Shown piece by piece: positions 39,369 to 48,453 of a DNA stretch of 64,000 nt. Location of the stretch: the NCBI GenBank assembly GCA_016708315.1, contig JADJGC010000004.1, positions 2,000 through 65,999 on the forward strand. The letters run 5' to 3'. The DNA comes from a bacterium (lineage in GTDB: Bacteria; Zixibacteria; MSB-5A5; CAIYYT01). Position numbers and translations under genes: made by a program. Each line of letters begins with the position of its first letter. The stretch's first letter is position 1. The notes beneath the pieces were generated by a model that saw nothing but the letters and a program-made list of their open reading frames with translations, was not told where the DNA came from and searched no databases.

Positions 39369-40680
39369 TCCGTTCCGGGAAAGTTACTGTTACTGATGTC
39401 CCAACTCCCACTTGAGAGTTGATACGAATTTCGCCTTTCATATTATCGACCAAACGCTTCACAACAAAGAGCCCGAGCCCCGTTCCCTGCGATTTGGTTG
39501 TGAAGAATGGATCAAAAATGTGCTTCATCACTTTCTTCTCGATGCCAGCGCCTGTATCGCTGATTGTGATCGACAGTATTCCCGAACGTGCCGTGCCCGC
39601 CGTCACATTGACAGTTGCACCTTCAGGCGAAACATCGAGTGCGTTCTTCATCAAGTTCACAAGTATCTGGCGAACCTTCTGTGAGTCGACCTTGCAACTT
39701 GTTATTGATGACTCGCAATCCGCGTGCAGCTTTACGCCCTTCTGCTCAAACTCTTTGCTCATTCCTTGGACAACTGATTCCACTACCTCACTGAGGTTCT
39801 GTACCTTACCTGGGGCATCAATCGGCGATGCAAATTGAAGATAGTGCGTTGTAATCGTGTTGAGCCGGTCTACCTCTTCGGGAATGAAATCAAATAGCTG
39901 CGCATCGCTCGATTCACCAGAAGCGTACTTCTTTTTCAATCGTTCAGCGGTCGCCTTGATAATCGCCAGCGGATTGCGCACCTCATGCGCGATTACCGCC
40001 GCCATTTGACCCATTTGCGAAAGAGCCGCTTGCGACACCAACATCTTCTCCGCTTGTATGAGTCTGCGATTTAGTATGACGACTACTATAGAAACAAATA
40101 ACAGAAACCCAATCGCCGCCGCGTTGACAACAATCATATACTGCTTGAAGTCTTCGAACTCCGTGAAGAATTCAAAATTGCTTTCGATCAATAGTACGCC
40201 ATAGACCGGATCCTCGCCGACCGGCTGATACGCCGACTTGAAGTAGCGGTTGCCGGCACGATTCAACTCGGAGACTCCGGCATTGCCCAAAGCGGCGCGG
40301 CTCAACCCCTCGATGTGCAACGGCAAGAACAACTGCACATTTGAGATTGAATCATCCAGTGAGAGCATATCACGATGCTCTGCATCGAGAAGATATATGG
40401 CAGACAACGCATCCGAATCCCGAATTCGAACAAGATAATCCTGGAGCCTGACCACTGTCGCCAAAGACAAAGGATCTTCCGGCGTTTCGTATTGCAGTAC
40501 GCCTTCGATTTCCGGCGCGATTGCGCGTCCGACCGACAGAAGACGGTCGCCGAGCGAACGATCAAGTGTATCCAGCGAGCGCGTGTACAATAAGTATAGC
40601 GCAATGTTGAATCCCGCCACCAGCAACAGAAGGAGAGCAATAATAAGTATGGAAACGAGTTTGCGATTGTCACCGATCAT
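39343..40680 (-). CDS. membrane sensor histidine kinase (TM - extracytoplasmic domain - TM - HisKA - HATPase_c), partner of the NtrC-type regulator
   Basis: It has two TM helices, H-box IAHEVRNPL, and ATPase boxes LVNLMKNALD, DTGAGI and GTGLGL. It overlaps the regulator gene by 26 nt. Confidence 0.9.
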   Translation of the reverse strand: MIGDNRKLVSILIIALLLLLVAGFNIALYLLYTRSLDTLDRSLGDRLLSVGRAIAPEIEGVLQYETPEDPLSLATVVRLQDYLVRIRDSDALSAIYLLDAEHRDMLSLDDSISNVQLFLPLHIEGLSRAALGNAGVSELNRAGNRYFKSAYQPVGEDPVYGVLLIESNFEFFTEFEDFKQYMIVVNAAAIGFLLFVSIVVVILNRRLIQAEKMLVSQAALSQMGQMAAVIAHEVRNPLAIIKATAERLKKKYASGESSDAQLFDFIPEEVDRLNTITTHYLQFASPIDAPGKVQNLSEVVESVVQGMSKEFEQKGVKLHADCESSITSCKVDSQKVRQILVNLMKNALDVSPEGATVNVTAGTARSGILSITISDTGAGIEKKVMKHIFDPFFTTKSQGTGLGLFVVKRLVDNMKGEIRINSQVGVGTSVTVTFPERIDGEDSRS

Positions 40681-40882
40681 TGCTTATAACTGCCGCCTGA
40701 TTGTTACACATTTGTGCCCTCGGATTTCGTACCTCGTGGTTCGAGATCGTACTTCGATGTACCATGTGGTACGCATCGACAAATAGTCGTCATCAATGTC
40801 GATTGCTTGAGACATTTACACAAGGGGTCTAAGCCGCGTTACGGCAAATGGTTGTCTCTTGTCTCGACCTCCCTGCGAAAGT

Positions 40883-40898
40883 TGGCACGACATTTGAC
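40883..40898 (+). promoter_or_regulatory. candidate sigma-54 (-24/-12-like) promoter of the divergent lipoprotein gene
   Basis: The element reads TGGCACGacatTTGAC, a perfect -24 half with a -12 half of TTGA instead of TTGC. It lies 53 nt upstream of ATG 40951. An inverted repeat, TGTACCAtgTGGTAC, lies at 40758-40772. Confidence 0.45.
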
Positions 40899-40950
40899 TA
40901 TACCCTCAGTAAGAGATCATTGCAGATCAGACCTAAATGAAGGAGAAATT

Positions 40951-42015
40951 ATGAAGTCCAAAATCAGAATCCTGCTATTCGGAGTACTCGCGTTGTTGGT
41001 AGTTGGCCTAATCGGCTGCAGCGACAATAACGTCACTCCCGAACAAGGCGACGATGAGTCAATCAATCTGACCGATAACTTCGGCGGTTACAAAGCAACT
41101 GACGAGCAACCTGCATTCGGCGATCCCGATATTGCCAGCCTCGAAGGCAGCGCTGAGGCAAACGATCCGATCATGTTGAATCCCGATGTCGATTCAATCA
41201 CCAAGCTTCTTGACATCGGCGTCTATTCGGTCGAATTCCTTTGGGGACACCTTGAACTCGATTCCACTGAAGTTGCCGTCACCGATTGGTCCGGCTCACT
41301 GACTCTAGAACGCGGCGCAATTGTTGCCGTCCGCCTGATCCGCTTTGAAGCCGGCGACTTTATCGTTCGTCCGCGTCTATCGCGTACTGTTCTCGAGTTC
41401 GAAAGCAAGACCCGTCCGAGTTTTGATGGAATGCTCGTTTACATCTATGATCCAACCCCTTCCGTTTTTGATACCGAGAACACTCTGACCTTCACGTCCG
41501 GACCTATCACCCAGACTTTCACTATGTCCGAACTGGCGTCAATTAGCACCGTAACTGACGTCGGCAGTAACCAGTTCTCAGTTAATGGATTTAAGATCGA
41601 GCGCCTTGCTTGCGGCGAGGGCTATCTCGAAGGAAGATGGATTCGTCCGGCATCAGTACGCGGACAGGGCACTTTCGTCGGCCGGTGGATCTCCGAAGAT
41701 GGCCTGATGTTGGGTCATGTGCGCGGGCACTTCGGTAACCGTGAAGATGACGTTCAGGTGCTCTTCGGCAAGTGGATCTCAGTAGCTGGCCTCTTCCGTG
41801 GCTTCCTCAAGGGAGAATGGGGATACGGTACTGATGATGATCCGAGCGCGACTGACAAAGGCTGGTTGTCGGGAGACATCTTCAATCGCGAAGCTGTCGC
41901 TGTTGGTGAATTTGATGCCAACTGGGTCGCGAGAGAACGTCCCGGAAATGGCAATAATGACCGCGCCGCAAAACACGGTTACTTCCGCGGTCAATGGTCG
42001 CAGAACTGTGAATAA
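40951..42015 (+). CDS. lipoprotein with C-terminal Gly/Trp-rich short repeats, uncharacterised
   Basis: AGGAGA RBS precedes the start, and the lipobox is LIGC. Repeats are of the form G-x-(F/W)-x-G-x-W (EGRWIRP, VGRWISEDG, FGKWISVAG, LKGEWGYG, FRGQWSQ). Confidence 0.7.
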   Translation: MKSKIRILLFGVLALLVVGLIGCSDNNVTPEQGDDESINLTDNFGGYKATDEQPAFGDPDIASLEGSAEANDPIMLNPDVDSITKLLDIGVYSVEFLWGHLELDSTEVAVTDWSGSLTLERGAIVAVRLIRFEAGDFIVRPRLSRTVLEFESKTRPSFDGMLVYIYDPTPSVFDTENTLTFTSGPITQTFTMSELASISTVTDVGSNQFSVNGFKIERLACGEGYLEGRWIRPASVRGQGTFVGRWISEDGLMLGHVRGHFGNREDDVQVLFGKWISVAGLFRGFLKGEWGYGTDDDPSATDKGWLSGDIFNREAVAVGEFDANWVARERPGNGNNDRAAKHGYFRGQWSQNCE

Positions 42016-42054
42016 CACCCATCCGTAAAGGCGTTTGCAATCGCCTTCCTGAAG

Positions 42055-42091
42055 ATCAGGCGCTCGACAATTGTCGGGCGCCTGATTTGTT
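42055..42091 (+). terminator. intrinsic terminator after lipoprotein gene
   Basis: A long hairpin, ATCAGGCGC-t-CGACA-at-TGTCG-g-GCGCCTGAT, is followed by TTGTT. Confidence 0.7.
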
Positions 42092-42473
42092 AAGAGCTTG
42101 ATACAAAATAGGATACTCGAAAACCCGTAGTTGCCGATCCTCGACGGCAAAACCCCGACAGACACCAACTTTGTGATCGAATGTTCTGATGATCAAATCC
42201 AGTTTCAGTACCGATGATTGTGGCGCACAAATTCTAACATCGTCGTGGTTTGTCCTAACAAAAAATTAACAATCACGATAGTGGTGTTTGTCTGTCCACA
42301 AACTTCATTTTTACTTGCTTTTAAGCGCCTTTTCGTTTCATTGCCTGTAACAACCCCAAAACCCGAGCCGCTTGATTAGCCGATGTGAAACTTGCCAAAC
42401 GCTGATATGGGCAAGCCGATCACTGCACCATTGCACGGCTGACACGAGCAGCAGTTTTAATTAAGGAGAGCGT

Positions 42474-43706
42474 ATGACCAGTCGATTCGGTTTGTTGATG
42501 ATGCTTGCCGCATTCATCTTGTGTCTTGGTGCTACTGCGTACAGCGGCGTTACGCCATCACGTCTCAACTATCAAGGGTTGTTGACGGATGCAAATGGCC
42601 AGCCAATGAACGCCACCGGCGTGCAGATGACATTTCGCATTTGGAACCATCCTATTCAAAGCGACATCGCTAATCTGAAATGGGAAGAGACACTCCTGGT
42701 CGATGTCACCAACGGACTCTTCAACGTCATTCTTGGCGACAATATCCAAATTGAACCCGAAGTATTCGATTCATCTGCCAGCTATCTTGGCATCCAAATC
42801 GGAACTGACCCGGAAGGCGAACCGCGCACCAGATTGGTGTCGGTCGGTTACTCAACCAGAGTTGAAACCCTCGATGGTGCCCGCGGCGGCGTGATCTCCG
42901 GAACGATCGGATTGCAGCCATCAACCGGCACAAAAGATGGCGACATCGAACAGCTCCGCTACGAGATCTTCGACGAACAAGACAGCATCAAGTTCTGGGC
43001 GAGCGAGACCGAGGTCTTCGCTCCCTGTGTACAATTCTCCGGCGACGACAGCCGTCAATGCACTGCGGCAATGAGCTCCGGCGCAGCGCAAGTTGAAGAT
43101 AGCGATGTAACAACCACTATTGGTAACACACCGGTGGTGCTTGCTCAACAGACTATCGATTGCCCGAGCGATGGCTATGTCCTCGTATTGGGCTCCTGTG
43201 AAGCTTCATTCGATCTGACCGGATCAGATATCACGGCAGTGGCGCCCGGTACTATTCCGACTTATGCAGCGGAATTTGGCGTCGTTGCCAATGAGACCGA
43301 ACAACCCGACGATCAGCGCAAGAGCTGGCTGATTCGTGGTATTGAACCATTCTTGCAGGCGAAAAATGTAATAAGTCTCCAAAAAGTCTTCGCGGTCGAA
43401 GCCGGTGCTTCGACATTTTTCCTCGTAGCCGAACGTACTGCCGGTGATGCTGAATTCACAGCTTCCGATAAAACACTGACCCTGGTCTTCATACCGACGG
43501 CATATGGCGACGTTAGCTCCACATCTACGACCGCGGCGCCCACGACTGCTGTCACGAGCACAGTCGGAGTTAGCAAGGCAGCATCAAGAACAGTGCTGTC
43601 AACAACTGAAAACGGCTCGAATAGTGAGATTGCGAGACTCAAGACCGAGATCAACGAACTGAGATCACTTCTGCAGCAAGTCGTTGCCGAAAAGAACAAA
43701 CAATAA
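42474..43706 (+). CDS. secreted tail-fibre-like / adhesin-like protein with C-terminal coiled coil (paralogue of 1064-2668)
   Basis: It has AAGGAGAG RBS, a signal peptide, the N-terminal motif LNYQGLLTDANGQP..MTFRIW, a shared C-terminal domain (DGYVLVLGSCEA), a Ser/Thr linker, and the coiled coil SEIARLKTEINELRSLLQQV. Confidence 0.75.
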   Translation: MTSRFGLLMMLAAFILCLGATAYSGVTPSRLNYQGLLTDANGQPMNATGVQMTFRIWNHPIQSDIANLKWEETLLVDVTNGLFNVILGDNIQIEPEVFDSSASYLGIQIGTDPEGEPRTRLVSVGYSTRVETLDGARGGVISGTIGLQPSTGTKDGDIEQLRYEIFDEQDSIKFWASETEVFAPCVQFSGDDSRQCTAAMSSGAAQVEDSDVTTTIGNTPVVLAQQTIDCPSDGYVLVLGSCEASFDLTGSDITAVAPGTIPTYAAEFGVVANETEQPDDQRKSWLIRGIEPFLQAKNVISLQKVFAVEAGASTFFLVAERTAGDAEFTASDKTLTLVFIPTAYGDVSSTSTTAAPTTAVTSTVGVSKAASRTVLSTTENGSNSEIARLKTEINELRSLLQQVVAEKNKQ

Positions 43707-43729
43707 CGGACCGAAATCGGAGGTAACTT

Positions 43730-44149
43730 ATGACAAAGGTCCGAGTGATTGTTAGAGTGGCACTGTTGATAGTCGTGATGCTCTCTTCCACTTTGTTGGG
43801 GGACGACTACACGATCAAGTGGCATGTGGTATCGACCGGCGGTACCCAAAGCACATACTCTGACGGGAAGACGCTTCATGGTACGGTGGTACAGACCGCC
43901 ATTGGCACCGTTTCGTCATCCAACTACCGCGTCTACCAGGGGTTCTGGCAAGAGTTTACTTCGTGCCGTGCCGGCGATGCCGACGGCAGCGGCAATGCCA
44001 ATATTTCTGACGCCGTTTATATCATCAGCTTCATCTTCCTTGGTGGCCCCGAACCGGTCACCGCTTGCGGCGGAGATGCTGATGGCAACGGCTTCGTTAA
44101 TGTCTCGGATGCGATCTGGTTGATTCGATACATCTTCCAGTCGCCATGA
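43730..44149 (+). CDS. small secreted protein with double dockerin-like repeat
   Basis: It has a signal/anchor helix, the motif YTIKWHVVSTGG..SSNYRVYQGFW, and then GDADGSGNANISDAVYIISFIF and GDADGNGFVNVSDAIWLIRYIF. Confidence 0.7.
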   Translation: MTKVRVIVRVALLIVVMLSSTLLGDDYTIKWHVVSTGGTQSTYSDGKTLHGTVVQTAIGTVSSSNYRVYQGFWQEFTSCRAGDADGSGNANISDAVYIISFIFLGGPEPVTACGGDADGNGFVNVSDAIWLIRYIFQSP

Positions 44150-44175
44150 TTTGAACACAGTCGATTCAACGCTGG

Positions 44176-44216
44176 AGAGCCGATCGCATTGTTGCGACCG
44201 GCTCTTCTGCATTTTG
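44176..44216 (+). terminator. intrinsic terminator after dockerin-protein gene
   Basis: The hairpin AGAGCCG-a-TCGC-attgtt-GCGA-c-CGGCTCT is followed by TCTGCATTTTG. Confidence 0.55.
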
Positions 44217-44303
44217 ATTGTCAGATTTCACAGTATTTGCTATCCTCAGACCGTTAGCAGTGCGAATTGAACCCGTAGAAATGAATGGCCCCGACAAATT
44301 GCC

Positions 44304-46901
44304 ATGAGCGATTCTGAAGAACAAGATAACCTCGAAAAAACCAAAGTAAGCCGAAACGACGGCAAGATCGCAACCGTCGGCAGATATCGCGTTATTGAAA
44401 AAATCGGCGCTGGTGGTATGGGAGAGGTTTATCTTGCATTCGACCCGAAACTACAGCGCAATGTCGCAATCAAACTACTACCGCCCACACTGGCCGAAGA
44501 TCCGGAGACCAAAGCGCGCTTCATTCGCGAGGCTCAAACCGCTGCCGCGCTAAACCACAACAACATTGTCACCATCTACGAAGTTGACGAAAGCGAGGGA
44601 AGACAATTCATCGCTATGGAGCTTGTTGAAGGTGTGCCGCTCAAAGACCTAATCAAAGCTCAGCGACTACCACTGGAAAATTGCATCGACTTGATCTTGC
44701 AAGTCTGCGACGGCCTTGTCGCCGCTCACGAACGCAGTATCGTTCACCGCGATATCAAACCGGCAAATATACTTGTCAGTGGCAAAGGCAAAGTCAAAAT
44801 CCTCGACTTCGGTCTCGCCAAGCTTCAAAGCGTTTCCGGTTTGACCAGCACTGGCGTTCGACTTGGTACAATTGCCTACATGTCGCCAGAGCAGGCCCAA
44901 GGCGTTGAAGTCGACCAACGTTCCGACATCTTCTCGCTCGGAGTTGTCATCTATGAGATGCTTTCAGGGCAGACTCCATTTAAGAAGGATTCCGAAATCG
45001 CCACGTTACTGGCAATCCTTCAGCAGATTCACGTTCCGCTTCTGCAACTCACCCCTGAGGTTGGAGAGAAGATTAGCGCAATTGTTGATCGCGCACTTCA
45101 AAAAGATCCCGCTTTGCGCTACCAGAATGTGGAAGACCTCGCCCGGGAACTTCGGCTTGTCATGAAACGTGCCGAGCCGCAGCCATCGCAATTTCCAAAC
45201 GTTGCATCGGCGCCTCTACCGATGCCGTCAGCAGGCTTGGAATCCAGTACTGTAACTCGCACTTCCGTTGGACTCAAGAAAGCCATCGCAATTCTTCCCT
45301 TCGAGAATCTTGGTCCGACCGAGCACGATTACTTTGCTGATGGTATCACGGATGAAATCACCACCAGCCTCGCCAAAATCAAGCTGCTCAAGGTCATCTC
45401 CAACAACAGCGCGCGCCAGTTTCGCGACAAGAATAAGAGTCTTGTCGAAATTGCGGGCGAGCTGGGAGTAGAGTTCTTGCTGACCGCAACGATCCGCTGG
45501 GACAACAGCCAGACACCTTCTCGGTTTCGACTAAGCTGCAAGCTTGTCGACACTAAAGATGAATCATATCTCTGGGCGGAATCATACGATCGTGTTCTCG
45601 ACCAGATTTTTGTGCTCCAATCGGAGTTGGCATCGGAGATCACCAAGGCGCTCGGTGTTGCATTGGCAACTCCTGAATTGGATAGTCTCTCGCGCATTCC
45701 TACAACGAATCTCGAAGCCTACGACTTCTATCTCCGCGGAAATGAATTCTATCCTCGCAGCACTCAGCCAGCCGACATCAGCAAGGCCATCGAGATGTAC
45801 GAAAAGGCTGTCGAGCTCGATCCTGATTTCGCATTAGCTCACGTGAAATTGAGCCAGGCAAACCTCAGTATGTATTGGTTCTTCCATGACCGGACACAGG
45901 CACGTATTGCCCGCGCCAAATTGTCGGTAGATGCTGCAGTTCGCGTGGCGCCGCAGTTAGCTGAGACCAATCTGGCAATGGGGTACTACTATTACTATGG
46001 CTGCAAAGAATACATGTTGGCGCTTGAGCAATTTGTTGTCGCCGGTAAGAGCCGTCCTAATGACAGCAGTCTATTGGCCGCAACTGGATTTATCCAGCGG
46101 CGGCTCGGGTTCTGGAACGAAGCCCTTCGCAATATACGCAAAGCAGCCGAACTCGACCCCAAATCGTCGTTGCTTGCTTCAGAACTCGGCAATACGCTAA
46201 TGCTTTTGCGGCAGTATGACGCGGCGTTGATACAATTTGACCGCGCCATTTGGCTCGTGCCTGATTGGATAGATATTTACGCTCGAAAAGCCCAAACGAT
46301 TCTTTTGCGCGACGGCAACGTCGCCGCAGCAGCACAGATATTCCGTGAGGCCGAATCACGTGTGCCGCCCGGCGAGATGGTCATGGAATTTATGCTGCTC
46401 GATGTCTTTGTCGAATACTGCGATCGCGATGTCCAGAAGGCGATGGATAGACTCGCCATCGACGAAGTTGAAATGGAGCTGTACTTCATAAACAAAGGCC
46501 GGTTGGCGCAGCGCCTCGGACGTGAATCAGAGGCAAGATCATATTTCGAATCCGCACGCGTAATGCTCGAATCCAAACTCAAAACCAGCCCCGATGACGC
46601 CCGCTATCTCGCTAATTTGGGCATAGCCTACGCCGGACTTGGTCAGGCAGACAAGTCGATTAGTCACTGTGAAAAAGCGCTGGAGTTGTTTCCACATGAC
46701 CGCGACCACGTCTTCAGTATTGTTTACATGGAAACCTTCGCAATCGCTTTGACGATGCTTGGCCGCACCGACCAGGCAATCGAACAACTGAAGTTCCTCC
46801 TCGGCGTGCCGTCCTACATTTCGCGACCGCTCCTAATGGTGGCCGAACATTTCGCGCCGTTGCGGGGCCTCCCCGGATTCCAGAAGCTATTGATCGGTTA
46901 A
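44304..46901 (+). CDS. Ser/Thr protein kinase with TolB-N-like middle domain and C-terminal TPR repeats
   Basis: Hanks kinase motifs are GAGGMGEVY, VAIK, HRDIKPANIL, DFGLA and YMSPE. They are followed by KAIAILPFENLG..DYFADGITDEI and multiple TPR-like helices. Confidence 0.9.
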   Translation: MSDSEEQDNLEKTKVSRNDGKIATVGRYRVIEKIGAGGMGEVYLAFDPKLQRNVAIKLLPPTLAEDPETKARFIREAQTAAALNHNNIVTIYEVDESEGRQFIAMELVEGVPLKDLIKAQRLPLENCIDLILQVCDGLVAAHERSIVHRDIKPANILVSGKGKVKILDFGLAKLQSVSGLTSTGVRLGTIAYMSPEQAQGVEVDQRSDIFSLGVVIYEMLSGQTPFKKDSEIATLLAILQQIHVPLLQLTPEVGEKISAIVDRALQKDPALRYQNVEDLARELRLVMKRAEPQPSQFPNVASAPLPMPSAGLESSTVTRTSVGLKKAIAILPFENLGPTEHDYFADGITDEITTSLAKIKLLKVISNNSARQFRDKNKSLVEIAGELGVEFLLTATIRWDNSQTPSRFRLSCKLVDTKDESYLWAESYDRVLDQIFVLQSELASEITKALGVALATPELDSLSRIPTTNLEAYDFYLRGNEFYPRSTQPADISKAIEMYEKAVELDPDFALAHVKLSQANLSMYWFFHDRTQARIARAKLSVDAAVRVAPQLAETNLAMGYYYYYGCKEYMLALEQFVVAGKSRPNDSSLLAATGFIQRRLGFWNEALRNIRKAAELDPKSSLLASELGNTLMLLRQYDAALIQFDRAIWLVPDWIDIYARKAQTILLRDGNVAAAAQIFREAESRVPPGEMVMEFMLLDVFVEYCDRDVQKAMDRLAIDEVEMELYFINKGRLAQRLGRESEARSYFESARVMLESKLKTSPDDARYLANLGIAYAGLGQADKSISHCEKALELFPHDRDHVFSIVYMETFAIALTMLGRTDQAIEQLKFLLGVPSYISRPLLMVAEHFAPLRGLPGFQKLLIG

Positions 46902-47003
46902 CCCACGCCGTCTGTATCTCAGAATTCCTTTCTCGAAAATCGGTAGAGAATCCTCACGCTAAGGTTATCTTTCTGGCGCTGATTTCTAGAAGGGAATATC
47001 CTC

Positions 47004-47858
47004 ATGCGACCTGCTGACATAACCCGCTTGATACTCCTTGCCGCAATCTGGGGAAGCTCTTTCATATTCATGCGTGTCCTCGCCCCTGTCCTCGGCGCTA
47101 TCACGACGGCAGATTCACGTTTGCTGATCGCCGGTGTGGCAATGTTGGCTTATTTCGCCGTTATCCGCTTTGACCTTGCCTGGCGCGAGAACTGGAAACA
47201 ATATGCCATCATCGGAGTCGTCAATTCCAGCATTCCATTTTCACTTTACGCCTTCGCAGCCCAACACATTCCAGCGTCATACTCAGTCATCTTCAATTCA
47301 ACCTCGCCACTATTCGGCGCGGTCTTTTCGGCGATCTGGCTAAACGATAAACTCACTCTTCGTAAGATAGCCGGCCTGATTTCCGGAGCCGTTGGAGTTG
47401 CCTTGGTCAGCAAAGTCGGCGGTGCGCAGGTCGACGCCATGTTCGGCTGGTCATTAGCAGCCTGTCTCGCCGCGCCCATGTGTTATGGTCTGGCGGGAAT
47501 TTATACCAAGAAGAAGGCATCCAAAATCAAGCCAATGGCGATTTCCGGCGGCAGTCAGATCATGGCCGGACTCGCACTCCTGCCTCTCGCATTGTTGTTC
47601 CCTCCGACCGGTGAGATCAATTCGAGAATAGTAATCTACACCATCATCCTTGCGGTTCTTTGCGGATCAATCGCCTATGTGCTCTACTACCGCCTTGTCA
47701 GTGATGTCGGCCCAACCAAAGCTCTCAGCGTCACATTCCTGATGCCCGCCTTCGGTATGCTCTGGGGAGTCATTTTCCTGCATGAATCGGTGACACTTCC
47801 AATGATTGCCGGCTGCCTCATGATCATTGCCGGTACAGTACTGATAGCTCGCAAATAG
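47004..47858 (+). CDS. DMT-family transporter (EamA-like, 10 TM)
   Basis: There are two EamA-like halves (LLAAIWGSSFIFMR..; ..YYRLVSDVGPTKALSVTFLMPAFG). Confidence 0.8.
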   Translation: MRPADITRLILLAAIWGSSFIFMRVLAPVLGAITTADSRLLIAGVAMLAYFAVIRFDLAWRENWKQYAIIGVVNSSIPFSLYAFAAQHIPASYSVIFNSTSPLFGAVFSAIWLNDKLTLRKIAGLISGAVGVALVSKVGGAQVDAMFGWSLAACLAAPMCYGLAGIYTKKKASKIKPMAISGGSQIMAGLALLPLALLFPPTGEINSRIVIYTIILAVLCGSIAYVLYYRLVSDVGPTKALSVTFLMPAFGMLWGVIFLHESVTLPMIAGCLMIIAGTVLIARK

Positions 47859-47999
47859 AATTCGCCTCACTCACTTTCTTTAGCTGGCGAGCTTTACCAC
47901 TTCTTCAATTTGTCATGTGTCATTCTGAGTGCTTGCTTATTGCCTCGATTTGCGGCAAATTGGAGTTTAGTCACCGTTGTCTTCGGAAAGGAAGTTCAA

Positions 48000-48434
48000 T
48001 TGTCGGAACAAAATTTCTCTAATCACGCCCGCTATGTCCCGGGTTTCCATATCGTCCTGTTTGGAATGCTATTTCTCTCGCTTATCGGCGCATCCGTCAA
48101 CCTTTACCATTCACTTGACGACCACACAAGGCTCTACTCTGCTTCACTATTAGTCGTCGTGTTTGTCTCCTTGTTGATGCTGTTCTTCTATGCTCGTTCA
48201 TTTGCTCTCAAGGCACAAGACCGCGCCATCCGGGCCGAAGAAAACCTTCGTCACTTCGTAATGACCGGAAGGATGCTTGACTCCCGACTCACCATGCGCC
48301 AGGTCATCGCATTGCGTTTTGCCTCCGATGGTGAATTTGTCAAGCTTGCCATGCGTGCCGCCAGCGAGGATATGTCGAGCGTCGACATCAAGAAAGCTAT
48401 CACCAACTGGCGCGCCGACAATTACCGCGTCTGA
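48000..48434 (+). CDS. small membrane protein (DUF6526-like)
   Basis: TTG 48000 lies after GGAAAGGAAG. The N-terminus SEQNFSNHARYVPGFHIVLFG and two TM helices match my recollection of DUF6526. The upstream part of the ORF is probably not translated. Confidence 0.5.
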   Translation: MSEQNFSNHARYVPGFHIVLFGMLFLSLIGASVNLYHSLDDHTRLYSASLLVVVFVSLLMLFFYARSFALKAQDRAIRAEENLRHFVMTGRMLDSRLTMRQVIALRFASDGEFVKLAMRAASEDMSSVDIKKAITNWRADNYRV

Positions 48435-48453
48435 GAAGAATCAGGGAGCATCA

